Assembly (NCBI GenBank): GCA_010405405.1
Contig: MU004238.1
Span: forward strand, 1,251,530-1,315,529
DNA from: Microthyrium microscopicum
Lineage: Eukaryota
Direction: 5' to 3'
DNA: 64,000 bases
Shown: piece after piece, positions 61,919-64,000 of the stretch
How positions within the stretch are numbered: the first letter of the stretch is position 1
Layout: each line of letters begins with the position of its first letter
Position numbers and translations under genes: made by a program
The notes under the pieces: model-generated
Databases searched by the model: none
What the model was told of the DNA's origin: nothing
Seen by the model: only the letters and a program-made list of their open reading frames with translations

Positions 61919-64000
61919 TATTAGGAATCAAACCTAACGAACTCTCTAAGATAAGCATTATAGCCTAAGTACCTTAGCCTAATAGCTATTAGAAGCTAGT
62001 AGAGCTACTTCTTTAGCTTTAGTATATTCTATAGTTAAGAGAACTAATAAGTTTCTAACTATTATAATTAATAGCTAAGCATACCTCTAAAGTAGCTTAG
62101 CTTATAGATAGACTACTCTAGCTTAGAGAAGAACCTTAAAGATTCCTAGGCAATAAGATAAAGGCTAAGGAATTCCTTTATAGTTTCTTAGTAATTACTC
62201 CTATTTCTATTTTTATATACCTAATTTATTAAGTATCTTATAACCTTTTTACCTACTCTATAACCCTAATCTCTAATATTATAATTACTTCTTACTAATA
62301 AAGTACCTATAAAGCTTTTCCTTTAAAATATTATAATTAGTTATAAGTAACGAACTAATAAAACCTAAGGGTAAGGCTCTTAGAGTAAATCTAGTTATAC
62401 TAGATATAGCTATACTAACTCTAGTAGGACTAAGTAGCCTTATAGGCAATCCTAATAATATAGAATAAGCCTATCTAGAACTAGTAATAAATATAAAAAA
62501 AACACTAGAATAGCTATAAGCTAAAATATAGTAAATACGCAATATACTTAAGATTAAATAACTTAAAGTAATAAAAGTAGCCTATAAACGTAGAGAACTT
62601 TGCTTAGTTAAATAGATTAATAAATAGGGTTAATATAATACTAGCTTAGCTATTTTAGCTTATATTAAATATAATAGCTCTAAATTAGCTTATAGTAGTA
62701 ATAAATTATAGATATATAAAGCTAAAAGTCTATAAGAATATAAGAATTAGGTCTTTAATATAACTAATATACTTACTATAAAGAAATATAAGGAGGACCT
62801 ATACCTAGTAGTTCTCTAAGCCTATAATTACCTTAATAAAGAAGTTATATAACCTACTTAGAATAATTATATTAATTTCTAGACTTAGTTAGCTAAACTA
62901 GACTAATATAAACCTACGTAGGCCCTTATAGAATAATAGGCTCTTAAACTCCTTAGTTCGTTTATTAAGAGACGTTATAAAGCCTTCTAGAGCTTCTTAA
63001 TTACTATAATAGAAGAAAAGATCCCCTAAGAATACTTTAATAAGCTTATACTTCTCTTTTATAAGTATAAGATTAATAATATATTAATTTGCTTATTATT
63101 CTTTAGTAATAGACTATCTACTTGCCTTAGAAATAATATAATCTTTAACCTAGACTATATAGTTAAGATAGTTAAAGAAGCTTTATCTTAATATATTTTA
63201 AAGTACTTAAGACTTATTAGTAACTAGAAAATACTAACTACTTCTAAGAAAGATATTAGGAATAGTAAATCCTCTAAATAGCGTTTAATATCTATAGATT
63301 TAGAGGATAAGACTTAATAAGGTTTCTAGAAGAATAAGTTAAAAAAGTCTAGACTAAGCCCTCTTAATAGGGCTTTAAAGCTAGATAAACTAAAGAGTAA
63401 TATAACGCCTAGAGTTAAATAGTTATTCCTTAGTAACCTTAGTAAAAGTAAGTACTAGAACTATACTAAAATAAGCTATATAGCCTATAGCTACCCTAAC
63501 CTAAAGCTAAAGAAGTTAGAAAGAAAAGACTAAACTATAAGGTAGCTAACTAGGACCTTATAGCTTTTATTATAAATAATCTAGTCTTTAACCTCCTTAG
63601 TAACTTCTATAAAGTTATTATTACTTAAGTCCTAGAAGTAGTAAAGAATAAGAGGATTCTAAATAAGAAGGTATACTAATTAAAGAAATTATACTAAATT
63701 ATCTTATAAAAAACTACTTAGAATTAAGTAAGCTAAGATTATATACTATAAAGCATAATAATAGATAGTAAAGCTTATTTTAATATTATAGACTACGCCT
63801 TAGCTAAGAAGCTTTAATTAAAAATATATTATTTCTTAAAAGAGTTAGCTAAGTACCTAAATAGTATACTTATAGCTATTTATAGAGTAGTAACTACTAA
63901 AGTAATAGTAGTTAACTTTAATAAGATCCTAAAGACTAATAAAATATTATTTTATATTATAAACTTACTATACTATATAATTATTATAAGGATACTTTAG
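61919..64000 (+). mobile_element. RIP-inactivated Ty3/Gypsy-like LTR retrotransposon (LTR, gag region, protease), continuing out of the window
   Basis: Starts TATTAGG (RIP of TGTTAGG). 63755-63823 reads IIIDSKAYFNIIDYALAKKL*LK, which de-RIPs to an IDSGA..N aspartic protease motif. Extremely AT-rich with TpA excess. Confidence 0.65.

Overview
Gene-dense genomic DNA from a filamentous ascomycete (Pezizomycotina), inferred from short GT-AG introns with CTRAY branch sites, a wc-1 gene and RIP-type mutation. About 30 protein-coding genes can be reconstructed by hand. Most are housekeeping genes: EF-hand protein, eIF4E-family, DUF4598, GDA1, PPPDE-thioredoxin-PUL, PRP17, ERV14, MAP1, NHP2, ASE1, RRP46, PEX4, QCR8, PHB1, LCB2, U1-70K, MRPL51, S10 carboxypeptidase, WC-1 and MRP4. 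Accessory-looking genes include two fungal N-terminal/HeLo-like helical proteins, an 80-aa secreted 6-Cys protein missed by the ORF track, DUF4267, a class IV sirtuin and a membrane-anchored lectin-like propeller. The last ~2.8 kb is a RIP-inactivated block in which a pogo/Fot1 transposon is interrupted by a Ty3/Gypsy-like LTR element. The most interesting non-coding signals are: (i) a ~150-180 nt hairpin filling the last MAP1 intron, with G-U pairs that work only on the transcript strand; (ii) a candidate U1-70K autoregulation system, with a strong decoy 5' splice site inside intron 3 and a cluster of donor-like sites downstream of the stop codon; (iii) a 14-bp minisatellite just upstream of wc-1; (iv) a stem-loop in a 5'UTR intron of LCB2. 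All exon structures and foldings were read by eye and no database searches were run.
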